Of a stretch of DNA of 64,000 nucleotides, positions 40,356 through 49,072 are shown piece by piece; positions within the stretch are counted from its first letter, which is position 1, and each line of letters starts with the position of its first letter. Made by a program: the position numbers and the translations under genes. Under the pieces are notes generated by a model. It was given only the letters and a program-made list of their open reading frames with translations. It was not told the origin of the DNA and did not search any database. Origin of the DNA: a bacterium (GTDB lineage: Bacteria > Patescibacteriota > Minisyncoccia > Phycocordibacterales > UBA9973); contig JBAWZD010000002.1 in NCBI GenBank assembly GCA_037143195.1, positions 72,785 to 136,784 on the forward strand. The letters are read 5' to 3'.

Positions 40356-40524
40356 AAAATTTAGGTTTGTACTCAAACCAAATTTTCTTATCCCCTCTGG
40401 GGATGTAGAAAACAACCCCGCAAGGGGATGTAGAAAATCCCGCTAGGGATTTAATCCTCAAGGAGCGAAGCGATATTATTAATTCATGAACAGTAGTAAT
40501 AAGCTGTTCCGCTGAAAAGAAAAA

Positions 40525-41142
40525 ATGAAATTCATATTAGGAACAAAACAGAATATGACCGAGTATTTTGCCGAAGACGGCAAAATGCACGCTGCAACGA
40601 TCGTGGCTATTGAGCCAGTCGTCGTTACGCAGATCAAGAACATGGAGAAAGACGGATACACTGCAGTCCAAGTTGGCTATGGAGTCCGCAAGGAAAAGAA
40701 TGTTACCAAGGCTTTGAAAGGTCACTTCGGTGACAACGGTCTCTTCATGTCGACTCGCGAGTTTCGCGTATCAGCAGATGAGGCAGGAAAGATGAACAGT
40801 GGAGACAAACTTACGAGTGAAGTATTTGCTGCCGGTGACGTTGTCACAGTCAGTGGTATCTCAAAGGCGAAAGGTTTCCAAGGTGTCATCAAACGTCATA
40901 ACTTCAAAGGAGGACCTCGTTCACACGGTCAGAAACACTCTGAGCGTGCACCAGGATCCATCGGTGGAGGTCTCCGTAATCGCGTTCCAAAAGGAATGCG
41001 CATGGGAGGACGCATGGGTGGTGAGCGCATCACCGTTTCCAATTTGAAAGTACTTGCTGTTGATGCAGAAACAAACACGCTTCTCATCAGTGGCGCAGTT
41101 CCAGGTCGACGAGGTACTATGCTCGAAATCGTAACGAAGTAA
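40525..41142 (+). CDS. rplC: 50S ribosomal protein L3
   Basis: Canonical L3 sequence. Confidence 0.9.
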   Translation: MKFILGTKQNMTEYFAEDGKMHAATIVAIEPVVVTQIKNMEKDGYTAVQVGYGVRKEKNVTKALKGHFGDNGLFMSTREFRVSADEAGKMNSGDKLTSEVFAAGDVVTVSGISKAKGFQGVIKRHNFKGGPRSHGQKHSERAPGSIGGGLRNRVPKGMRMGGRMGGERITVSNLKVLAVDAETNTLLISGAVPGRRGTMLEIVTK

Positions 41143-41146
41143 TCAT

Positions 41147-41824
41147 ATGAAAAATCCTACATACAACGCAAAAGGCGAAAAGAAAGGAGAGATCAATCTT
41201 CCAGAGAATGTGTTCGGAGTCTCATGGAATGGTGACCTCGTTCACCAAGTACTTCGTGCAATTCGCGCAAACACTCGTGCCGGAACAGCAGATACAAAAG
41301 GACGTGCAGAAGTTCGTGGAGGAGGAAAGAAGCCATGGAAGCAAAAGGGAACAGGACGTGCTCGTCACGGATCATCCCGCTCTCCAATCTGGAAAGGTGG
41401 AGGTGTTACTCATGGACCTCTCGCTGAGAAGAACTACAAACAGAAGGTCAACAAGAAGATGGCAAGCAAGGCTCTTGCAACCGCTCTCTCTGCAAAGATG
41501 AAAGATGGTCAGGTGCTCTTCACAGAGACACTTGGTTTTGGAAAAGCTCCAAAGACACAAGATGCAGCAGCTATCGTTCAGGCATTCGCTAAGATCAATG
41601 GCTTTGAGAAGCTTGCAAAGGCTCGCACTCCAAAGGCAATGGTTGTTATCCCAGCTGTAGACAAAGTATTCTCACAGAGTTTCCGCAACATCCCACAGGT
41701 TTCACTTTCACTCGCCAAGGACCTCAACACGTTTGATGTCCTCAACCACCAGTACGTCATCTTCGTCGATGCTGACGCAAGTGTTGCTACGCTTGAAAAG
41801 CGCTGCACAGTATCAAAGAAGTAA
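41147..41824 (+). CDS. rplD: 50S ribosomal protein L4
   Basis: Canonical L4 sequence. Confidence 0.9.
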   Translation: MKNPTYNAKGEKKGEINLPENVFGVSWNGDLVHQVLRAIRANTRAGTADTKGRAEVRGGGKKPWKQKGTGRARHGSSRSPIWKGGGVTHGPLAEKNYKQKVNKKMASKALATALSAKMKDGQVLFTETLGFGKAPKTQDAAAIVQAFAKINGFEKLAKARTPKAMVVIPAVDKVFSQSFRNIPQVSLSLAKDLNTFDVLNHQYVIFVDADASVATLEKRCTVSKK

Positions 41825-41827
41825 TCT

Positions 41828-42166
41828 ATGGCAACGAAAAAAGTAACCAAAAAAGCTGACAAGAAAGAAGAGAAAGTTGTTGCTCCAAAGAGTTCGATCA
41901 TCTTGAATGCTCGTATCACTGAAAAAGCAGCATTGCTCTCTGAGCAAAACGTGTACACATTCAACGTTGCAGTACATGCAACAAAGAGTGAAATCATCAA
42001 AGCTATCAAAGCGATGTACAAAGTTACTCCAGTTGCTGTTCGCACCGTCAACATGTCCGAGAAAAAGGTCATGCCACGCGGACGCCGAGGCAAAGTAGGT
42101 ACCACCGCAGGTGGACGAAAGGCCTACGTTTATTTGAAAAAGGGCGATAAGATCGAAGTCCTGTAA
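41828..42166 (+). CDS. rplW: 50S ribosomal protein L23
   Basis: Canonical L23 with a Lys-rich N-terminus. Confidence 0.85.
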   Translation: MATKKVTKKADKKEEKVVAPKSSIILNARITEKAALLSEQNVYTFNVAVHATKSEIIKAIKAMYKVTPVAVRTVNMSEKKVMPRGRRGKVGTTAGGRKAYVYLKKGDKIEVL

Positions 42167-42208
42167 TCCGAAGGGAAACCCTCGAGATATACGAAATCTT
42201 TTTAGCGT

Positions 42209-43051
42209 ATGAAAAAATATTCACCGACAACACCATCACGCCGTCACATGACTACCGTCACGTACCGTGGCGTGATCACAAAATCTGAACCGCATAAGGC
42301 GCTCACCTCAGGTGGCAAGCGCGATATGGGTCGCAACAACCTCGGACGCATTACGGTGCGTCACAAGGGAGGAGGCAACAAGAAGCTCTACCGTGATGTA
42401 GACTTCAGTTTTGACAAGAAAGAAATTCCGGCGAAAGTCGTCTCAGTTGAGTACGATCCATTCCGAACTTCATTCATCTCGCTCGTTGTGTACAAGGACG
42501 GAGAGAAGCGTTACATGCTCACACCGAAGTCTGTTCGCCCAGGCGCAACATTCATCGTTTCAGCAGAAGCAACACTCTCGTCTCCAAACCGTCTCCCGCT
42601 CTCAAAAATCCCTGTTGGTACCTTCGTATACAACATTGAGCTCAAACCGCTTGGCGGGGCCAAATTGGTCCGCTCAGCAGGTAACTTTGCTCAGGTTGTG
42701 GCGAACGACAACGGGTACACGCTTATCAAGCTCCCATCATCAGAAGTCCGCAAGGTATCTGAGAAATGCTGGGCAACGATTGGTGAGGTCTCAAACGAAG
42801 AACATCACCTCGTAAACATTGGTAAGGCTGGACGTTCCCGCCATAAGGGTATTCGACCAACAGTTCGTGGTACTGCCATGAACCCAGTCGACCATCCATA
42901 CGGAGGAGGAGAAGGACGCCAAGGCCGTGGAACACGTCGCCCAAAGACAATGTGGGGAAAGGTCACCGGAGGTCGCAAGACTCGTGGACCAAAGAAATAC
43001 TCAAACCACCTCATCGTCTCACGACGCGTCGTCGGAAAGAAGAAGAAATAA
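42209..43051 (+). CDS. rplB: 50S ribosomal protein L2
   Basis: Canonical L2 sequence. Two strong terminators follow at about 43066-43095 and about 43228-43260. Confidence 0.9.
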   Translation: MKKYSPTTPSRRHMTTVTYRGVITKSEPHKALTSGGKRDMGRNNLGRITVRHKGGGNKKLYRDVDFSFDKKEIPAKVVSVEYDPFRTSFISLVVYKDGEKRYMLTPKSVRPGATFIVSAEATLSSPNRLPLSKIPVGTFVYNIELKPLGGAKLVRSAGNFAQVVANDNGYTLIKLPSSEVRKVSEKCWATIGEVSNEEHHLVNIGKAGRSRHKGIRPTVRGTAMNPVDHPYGGGEGRQGRGTRRPKTMWGKVTGGRKTRGPKKYSNHLIVSRRVVGKKKK

Positions 43052-43065
43052 TTTGCATTACACAC

Positions 43066-43095
43066 AAAAACGCGCCCAGACGGGCGCGTTTTTGC
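43066..43095 (+). terminator. rho-independent terminator after rplB
   Basis: AAAAACGCGCCCAGACGGGCGCGTTTTTGC. A second hairpin lies at about 43228-43260. Confidence 0.6.
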
Positions 43096-43357
43096 TTGAC
43101 TTTTTCACCCCAGAGTACTAAATTAAAAATATGTTCGTCCGAAATACAATTATTAGTACCCTCATTATTATCCGCTCGGCGCGGGGGTCTGCTTTTATTG
43201 TATAAATTTCTTGATTCAATAAAACAAAAGCCCCCGCGTACGCGGGGGCTTTTGTTTTATGAGTTTTGAGCCACAGCTCTCGAGAACCCCAAGATTCTTT
43301 AGAGCTGTGGTCCAAAATGAATGACCACGTATTTTCTTCATTAAAAAACCAAAATTT

Positions 43358-43720
43358 ATGACATCAACCATTAGCCAGCTTTCAATAGCTGGAACTCAAT
43401 TCCAAATCATGCACACGATTGCATGTTCATGTCCTTGGCTTAAGCAAATGCTTAAGCGAGAAGAATTTAAATTAAGTACAGAAACGTTCGTCTTAATGAT
43501 GGCAAACGCCCATATGGCAGGATTGCCAAATGAAATTGAGCATGAATACCCTGTCCAATCCTTTTCTGGATGGACCTTTGTTAAAAGGAAGTACAAATCA
43601 GTCTATCTCGTCTCATACAAGAATCATTTGTATGAGTTCACCGGGGCAGGATTTATTTTCGCTGACCCAGACCGTTATTACGGTGCAGGGGCGATAATTC
43701 TTGCTCCAGCAAGAAAGTAA
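43358..43720 (+). CDS. hypothetical protein (inserted between rplB and rpsS)
   Basis: 120-aa ORF with ATG start and no recognisable motifs. Confidence 0.35.
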   Translation: MTSTISQLSIAGTQFQIMHTIACSCPWLKQMLKREEFKLSTETFVLMMANAHMAGLPNEIEHEYPVQSFSGWTFVKRKYKSVYLVSYKNHLYEFTGAGFIFADPDRYYGAGAIILAPARK

Positions 43721-43796
43721 AACGAAGAAAACAAAACTAAGAAAAAAGACGTGAGCGATTATCTGCTTGCGTCTTTTTCTATGGTACACTTTTCGT

Positions 43797-44189
43797 ATGC
43801 AACCAGGGGAACACAAAAAGCCGTTTAGTTTGCGCAAACGTATTCATCATACAAACCACGCACTTCGCGGAGTGGGGATATTTATCAAAGACACACATGC
43901 TGCGTGGCTTCACCTTTTTTTCGCGCTGCTCGCCGTGTATCTCGGATTCTTGCTTCGTATTTCAAATATGGAATGGATCGTTATTCTCCTCACGATGAGT
44001 CTTATTCTTGCTGCTGAAGCTGTGAATACAGCTATCGAAATTGACGTTGACCTCAAGAGCCCAGAATACAATCCCAAAGCACGTGATATCAAAGACATCG
44101 CCGCTGGCGCCGTACTCATCACTGTCTTCCTCGGGGGAATTATTGGAATGATTATTTTTCTTCCAAAAGTATTCGCACTGTTTTATTAA
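43797..44189 (+). CDS. dgkA: prokaryotic diacylglycerol kinase-like membrane protein
   Basis: Three TM helices and AAEAVNTAIE...IKDIAAGAVL, which is DAGK_prokar-like. The internal ATG was chosen. Confidence 0.6.
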   Translation: MQPGEHKKPFSLRKRIHHTNHALRGVGIFIKDTHAAWLHLFFALLAVYLGFLLRISNMEWIVILLTMSLILAAEAVNTAIEIDVDLKSPEYNPKARDIKDIAAGAVLITVFLGGIIGMIIFLPKVFALFY

Positions 44190-44254
44190 AATATGCAAAA
44201 GAAAAAGCGTGCATTGTGAGTACGCTTTTTCAATTTGAATAATTTCGTCGCTCG

Positions 44255-44794
44255 CTATACAACGAGTTTAGCGCGCAATTTGGCGAGCTTCTTGTCAGTA
44301 CAATCACCGCGTAGCTTGATTGTACCAAGCAGATCTGCCGCCTTCATTAGTCCAGGCTCTTTATCCAGACTAATAATTGAGAGTACTCCCTTAAAATCGA
44401 GGCTGGGAAGAGCACTGAGAAAATTTGAACCATTAATCTCAGCTTCTGTTTTGGTTAAAGAAAAAATTATCACCCGAGGCTTTCTTTTTTCTTGCACCTT
44501 CGGCACCACTCCATAGCCGTCAGTGTTAAAAAATGTTCCTCCATCAAAGTGGAGAAACTGTGCATCGATAATCGACGCACAGTTTTCAGCAAGTGGATTT
44601 TTTTTCACTACTGAAATAAGGTAATCAATTTTTTTAAATTCCTTTACATTGATTAGCACATTTGTAAAAACAGGAAACACTTCTGTTTTTAAAAGGCGCT
44701 TCGTAATGACTTTTTCAAGTTTGTCCTCTTTGTGGATGAGAGCATCGGCAAGTTCCCAAAGGAGGAACGCCTCAAGTTGTTGTTGAGTGAACAT
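44255..44794 (-). CDS. hypothetical protein (opposite strand, inside ribosomal operon)
   Basis: 179-aa ORF. It is the only minus-strand gene within the rplB-rpsS gap. Confidence 0.4.
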   Translation of the reverse strand: MFTQQQLEAFLLWELADALIHKEDKLEKVITKRLLKTEVFPVFTNVLINVKEFKKIDYLISVVKKNPLAENCASIIDAQFLHFDGGTFFNTDGYGVVPKVQEKRKPRVIIFSLTKTEAEINGSNFLSALPSLDFKGVLSIISLDKEPGLMKAADLLGTIKLRGDCTDKKLAKLRAKLVV

Positions 44795-44941
44795 TAGATT
44801 TTAAATTTTTGGTTGACGAAACTCAAATACAAAACTACTATTTCGTCAAATAGGGGAATATGGGAGGTAGGGGATTTGACAATCTCCGCGTTTTTGCTAG
44901 TATGTCTGGACACGGCTCCTCGGAGCTATTTTAATTACTGT

Positions 44942-45289
44942 ATGACACGATCACTCAAAAAAGGACCATATGTAGACGAGCGCCTCATGAAAAAGATTGA
45001 GGGTAAAACAGCGCAAGGTTCCGCTGTTATTAAGACATGGGCACGCGCATGTCAGATTGCCCCAGAGATGGTGGGCTTCACTTTTGGTGTTCACAACGGC
45101 AAGGTGCACGTTGAAGTTCTCGTTACTGAAGACATGGTTGGTCACCGTTTGGGTGAATTTTCTCCTACACGTACATTCCGTAAGCACGGAGGTAAGATGC
45201 AGAAGGAACTTGAAACCAAGCAGAAGGAGAGTGACATCGCCGCTGCTCAGGCTGCAAAGGCTTCTACCGCTGATGCCAAGAAGAAGTAA
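44942..45289 (+). CDS. rpsS: 30S ribosomal protein S19
   Basis: [13 protein letters not shown].... The internal ATG was chosen. A Lys/Ala-rich C-terminal tail is present. Confidence 0.85.
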   Translation: MTRSLKKGPYVDERLMKKIEGKTAQGSAVIKTWARACQIAPEMVGFTFGVHNGKVHVEVLVTEDMVGHRLGEFSPTRTFRKHGGKMQKELETKQKESDIAAAQAAKASTADAKKK

Positions 45290-45302
45290 TATCTAAACTA
45301 CT

Positions 45303-45734
45303 ATGAAAGCTTTTCTCAAAAACTATCGCCAAGCTCCTCGCAAAGTCCGCCTCGTAGCGGGTCTCATTAAGGGCAAGCCAGTCGCTGTGGCTGAACTCGA
45401 ACTCAAGCACCTTGCAAAGCGTGCTGCTCTTCCTATGGAAAAGCTCCTTGCTTCAGCTGTTGCAAACGCAAAGGTAGGCGGCGCCGATGTTGCAAACCTC
45501 TTCGTCAAAGATGTCACTGTAGACAAGGGCATCGTTATGAAGCGCCACATGCCACGAGCTTTCGGACGCGCTTCAGCAATCCACAAACATTCAAGCCATG
45601 TTACTCTTACTCTCGCTGAGACCGGTGTCAAAGCCATCAAAGAAGAGAAGAAGACCAAGGCCGTGAAAGCTGAGCCAAAGGCGAAAAAGGCTCCAGTAAA
45701 GAAAGCTACTAAGGCTAAGTCAGTAACGAAATAA
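45303..45734 (+). CDS. rplV: 50S ribosomal protein L22
   Basis: L22 core plus a Lys/Ala-rich C-terminal extension. Confidence 0.85.
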   Translation: MKAFLKNYRQAPRKVRLVAGLIKGKPVAVAELELKHLAKRAALPMEKLLASAVANAKVGGADVANLFVKDVTVDKGIVMKRHMPRAFGRASAIHKHSSHVTLTLAETGVKAIKEEKKTKAVKAEPKAKKAPVKKATKAKSVTK

Positions 45735-45737
45735 TAT

Positions 45738-46430
45738 ATGTCAAAAGTTGTCCATCCATACGCACACCGACTTGTCATCCTCCGAGATTGGAAATCTCGC
45801 TGGTTTGCAGGACCAAAGAAGTACCGCGAATACCTCAAAGGAGATGTTCTTGTTCGTGAATACCTCGAGAAGCGCATGCGCGGTCTCTACGTCTCATCAA
45901 TCGAGATGGAGCGCTCACCAAAGTCTACTCGTTTCATCATCCGCACATCACGCCCAGGTATGGTTATCGGTCGCTCAGGTGAGGGATCAACCAAACTCAA
46001 ACAGGAAATCGTCACTTTCATGAAAAAGAAGGGTATTCCAGTTCCAGAAGAACTCAAGCTCGACATCATCGAAGTTATGAACCCAGATGCTGACGCACAC
46101 ATTGTTGCGTATGGTATCGCTGAAGCTCTTGAAAAGCGTCTTCCATTCCGCCGTGTTATGAAGCAGGCTGTAGAGCGTGTTATCGCTACTCGCGGAGTTG
46201 AAGGAGTCAAGATCGTCATCTCAGGACGTCTCGGTGGTGCAGAAATCGCCCGCATCGAAGAGCAGAAGCGTGGATCAATTCCACTTCAGACTTTCCGTGC
46301 AGACGTCGACTACACTCGCGAGCGTGCACACATGACCTATGGAGACATCGGTATCAAGGTGTGGATTTACCGTGGTGAGGTCTTCGACATCAAGGAGGAC
46401 GCAAAAAATTCGACCGTAGCGAAGAAATAA
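45738..46430 (+). CDS. rpsC: 30S ribosomal protein S3
   Basis: KH and S3_C domains. Confidence 0.9.
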   Translation: MSKVVHPYAHRLVILRDWKSRWFAGPKKYREYLKGDVLVREYLEKRMRGLYVSSIEMERSPKSTRFIIRTSRPGMVIGRSGEGSTKLKQEIVTFMKKKGIPVPEELKLDIIEVMNPDADAHIVAYGIAEALEKRLPFRRVMKQAVERVIATRGVEGVKIVISGRLGGAEIARIEEQKRGSIPLQTFRADVDYTRERAHMTYGDIGIKVWIYRGEVFDIKEDAKNSTVAKK

Positions 46431-46450
46431 TCTAATTTAACGATACATTT

Positions 46451-46870
46451 ATGCTTTTCCCTAAGAAAATAAAATTCAGAAAGTGGCAGACCGGACGCAA
46501 GGACATGAGTGCCTTGAAGCCTGACACACGCGGTACGACAATCTCGTACGGATCTTTCGGTCTCAAAGCCGAGACATCTGGACGTATTCGTTCAAACCAG
46601 CTCGAGGCTGCTCGTAAGGCAATGGCACGTCAGATGACAAAGACAGGCAAAGCATGGATTCGTATCTTCCCAGACCGACCATATACTGCAAAGCCACCAG
46701 AAGTGGGAATGGGTAAGGGTAAAGGAGATCCACAGGGATTCTGTATGGAAATTCGCCCAGGCCGTGTCATTTTTGAAATCGATGGTATGGATGAAGCAGG
46801 TGCTCGTGAGGCTCTCCGCAAGGCGGGAACCAAACTCCCAGTCAAAACTCGCGTCGTCTCTCGTGCATAA
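46451..46870 (+). CDS. rplP: 50S ribosomal protein L16
   Basis: Canonical L16 sequence. Confidence 0.9.
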   Translation: MLFPKKIKFRKWQTGRKDMSALKPDTRGTTISYGSFGLKAETSGRIRSNQLEAARKAMARQMTKTGKAWIRIFPDRPYTAKPPEVGMGKGKGDPQGFCMEIRPGRVIFEIDGMDEAGAREALRKAGTKLPVKTRVVSRA

Positions 46871-46878
46871 GTATTTTT

Positions 46879-47139
46879 ATGAAAACAAAAACACCAGAAA
46901 AAAGTAATACAAAGAAGACCGTACTCGCGGGAACTGTCGTCAAAGCAGCAATGCAAAAGACAGTCACTGTAGCGGTCACACGCTTCGAGAAGCACCCAAA
47001 GTATCTCAAGTATCAGACACTTACAAAGAAGTACAAGGTACATGATGAGAACGGAGTTGCAAAAGTGGGGGACAAGGTTGAGATCGTCGAGACAAAACCT
47101 ATCTCAAAAGACAAGCGTTTCACTCTCGTCACTAAGTAA
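46879..47139 (+). CDS. rpsQ: 30S ribosomal protein S17
   Basis: Canonical S17 sequence. It follows L16 directly with no rpmC (L29) between them. Confidence 0.85.
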   Translation: MKTKTPEKSNTKKTVLAGTVVKAAMQKTVTVAVTRFEKHPKYLKYQTLTKKYKVHDENGVAKVGDKVEIVETKPISKDKRFTLVTK

Positions 47140-47162
47140 TAGTTTTAGGTAACACACATTAT

Positions 47163-47540
47163 ATGATTCAGCCACAAACAATAGTCAAAATAGCAGACAA
47201 CGCCGGAGGAAAAGTCGGCATGGTCTTCAAGGTGCTTGGTTCATCCAAGCGTCGCTACGCACGCATCGGCGATGTCGTTGTGATTTCGGTCAAAGTGGCT
47301 GAACCTCGCAAAGGTGTCAAGAAGAAGGGTGTCCACCATGCAGTTGTTGTCCGTCAGCGCGAAGCTATGCGCCGCAAAGATGGTTCATACATCAGTTTTG
47401 ATGACAACGCAGTTGTGCTCATTGGTTCTGGCAAACAGCGCTTTGAGCCAATCGCAGGACGCATTTTCGGACCAATCCCCCGCGAGCTCGGTGAGCGTGG
47501 ATACCAGAAGATTATTTCTCTTGCCCCTGAGGTTATCTAA
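47163..47540 (+). CDS. rplN: 50S ribosomal protein L14
   Basis: Canonical L14 sequence. Confidence 0.9.
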   Translation: MIQPQTIVKIADNAGGKVGMVFKVLGSSKRRYARIGDVVVISVKVAEPRKGVKKKGVHHAVVVRQREAMRRKDGSYISFDDNAVVLIGSGKQRFEPIAGRIFGPIPRELGERGYQKIISLAPEVI

Positions 47541-47562
47541 CGATTAATCTACCTTCAATTCT

Positions 47563-47868
47563 ATGAATATCAAAAAAGGAGACAACGTAATAGTCACAAA
47601 AGGCAAAGATGCTGGTAAGAAAGGCAAAGTCCTCGCAGTATTCCCAAAGGAGAACAAAGTTCTCGTTGAGGGTCTCAACATGAAGAAGCGTCACCAGAAG
47701 AGTACTACTCGTGGAGGCAAAGGCCAGATGGTAGACATTGCTCACCCAGTAAATCGCTCAAACGTCGCAATCCTCGATCCAAAGTCGGGCAAACCAACTC
47801 GCTTGGGTGCCAAGGACGTTAATGGAAAGAAGATTCGCGTCGCTAAGAAGAGCGGACAGGAAGTATAA
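47563..47868 (+). CDS. rplX: 50S ribosomal protein L24
   Basis: KOW motif (KGDNVIVTKGKDAGKKGKV). Confidence 0.9.
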   Translation: MNIKKGDNVIVTKGKDAGKKGKVLAVFPKENKVLVEGLNMKKRHQKSTTRGGKGQMVDIAHPVNRSNVAILDPKSGKPTRLGAKDVNGKKIRVAKKSGQEV

Positions 47869-47869
47869 T

Positions 47870-48430
47870 ATGACTGTAAAAGAAAAAGCACAAAAATCAT
47901 ACGAAGTTTTGAAGCCAAAGTTTGGCTACAAGAACGTCATGGGAGCTCCAAAGCTTTTGAAGGTTGTTGTTGGTTCCGGAACTGGAAACGCTATGAAGCG
48001 CAACAAGAATCACAACGATCTCGTTGCTGACCGTTTGACCAAAATCACCGGACAGAAAACAGCACTCCGTGGCGCAAAGCAATCAATCGCAACATTCAAG
48101 ATTCGTCAGGGCGACCCAGTTGGTGTTTCTGTGACACTCCGCGGTCCTCGCATGTACGGATTCCTCGAAAAGTTTTTCAATATCGCCGTGCCTCGCACGA
48201 AGGACTTCCGCGGATTCAATCCTTCAGCTGTTGACTCAATCGGTAACCTCACTCTCGGTATCAAGGAACACACAATCTTTCCTGAAACTGCAGATGAAGA
48301 TATCAAAGACGTCTTCGGTCTCTCAGTCACACTCGTCTCGAGTGCAAAGACAAAGGCAGAAGGTCTCGCATTCTTCGAACTCATCGGTGTTCCATTCAAG
48401 AAAGAAGAGGACGTAAAGAAAAAGAAGTAA
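47870..48430 (+). CDS. rplE: 50S ribosomal protein L5
   Basis: The internal ATG was chosen. Canonical L5 sequence. A terminator follows at about 48431-48466. Confidence 0.85.
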   Translation: MTVKEKAQKSYEVLKPKFGYKNVMGAPKLLKVVVGSGTGNAMKRNKNHNDLVADRLTKITGQKTALRGAKQSIATFKIRQGDPVGVSVTLRGPRMYGFLEKFFNIAVPRTKDFRGFNPSAVDSIGNLTLGIKEHTIFPETADEDIKDVFGLSVTLVSSAKTKAEGLAFFELIGVPFKKEEDVKKKK

Positions 48431-48466
48431 TAAAAAACCCGCGAGTGAAAGCTCGCGGTTTTTTTA
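48431..48466 (+). terminator. rho-independent terminator after rplE
   Basis: AAAAAACCCGCGAGTGAAAGCTCGCGGTTTTTTTATT. Confidence 0.6.
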
Positions 48467-48493
48467 TTGCCGTACCTGTGCTATTCTTCGCAT

Positions 48494-49072
48494 ATGCAAA
48501 AGCGCAACATCATCACCATCTGTGGCATGCTTGGTTCGGGCAAATCGACCGCTGCCAAGCGTGTAGCTACCGCACTCGGGTATCCGCACTACTCGGCAGG
48601 GGATTTCATGCGCGCGATGGCGAGCGAACGCGGACTGACGATCATTGAACTCAATTTGCTTGCGGAGAATGACCCTGCCGTTGACCGTGAGATTGATGCC
48701 AAGCAAAAGGCTTTTATGGATACCAACAACAATTTCGTGATTGATTCACGTATTGGATGGTTCTTCGCACAGGACTCATTCAAAGTATTTTTGAACCTCG
48801 ATTTGGATACGGCGAGTGCTCGCGTGTTTGGTGATATTCAAGCCAAGAAATCTGAACGCAAAGAGGAAATGTCTGAGACACTTGAGGCTGTGAAGACACG
48901 ACTCTCTGAACGACTCGCGAGTGAGAAAGAACGCTACAACAAATATTATGCGATTGAAAACTATCAAGACCCGAGTCATTTTGATTTGGTGATTGATACC
49001 AAAACGAACGATATCCCAACGGTTGAGCGAATGATTCTCGACGCATATACGGCGTGGCAAGCGAAGGTATAA
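48494..49072 (+). CDS. cmk: cytidylate kinase-like P-loop NMP kinase
   Basis: ITICGMLGSGKST P-loop, a Cmk-like layout, and a Lys-rich C-terminus. Confidence 0.55.
   Translation: MQKRNIITICGMLGSGKSTAAKRVATALGYPHYSAGDFMRAMASERGLTIIELNLLAENDPAVDREIDAKQKAFMDTNNNFVIDSRIGWFFAQDSFKVFLNLDLDTASARVFGDIQAKKSERKEEMSETLEAVKTRLSERLASEKERYNKYYAIENYQDPSHFDLVIDTKTNDIPTVERMILDAYTAWQAKV

Noticed and set aside
40380-40440. Short direct repeats GGGGATGTAGAAAA that might be taken for a mini-CRISPR array
   Set aside because: Only two or three copies are present and the units are 14 nt with irregular spacing. There are no cas genes. The repeats are better explained as leader hairpins or duplications of the rpsJ stop context.
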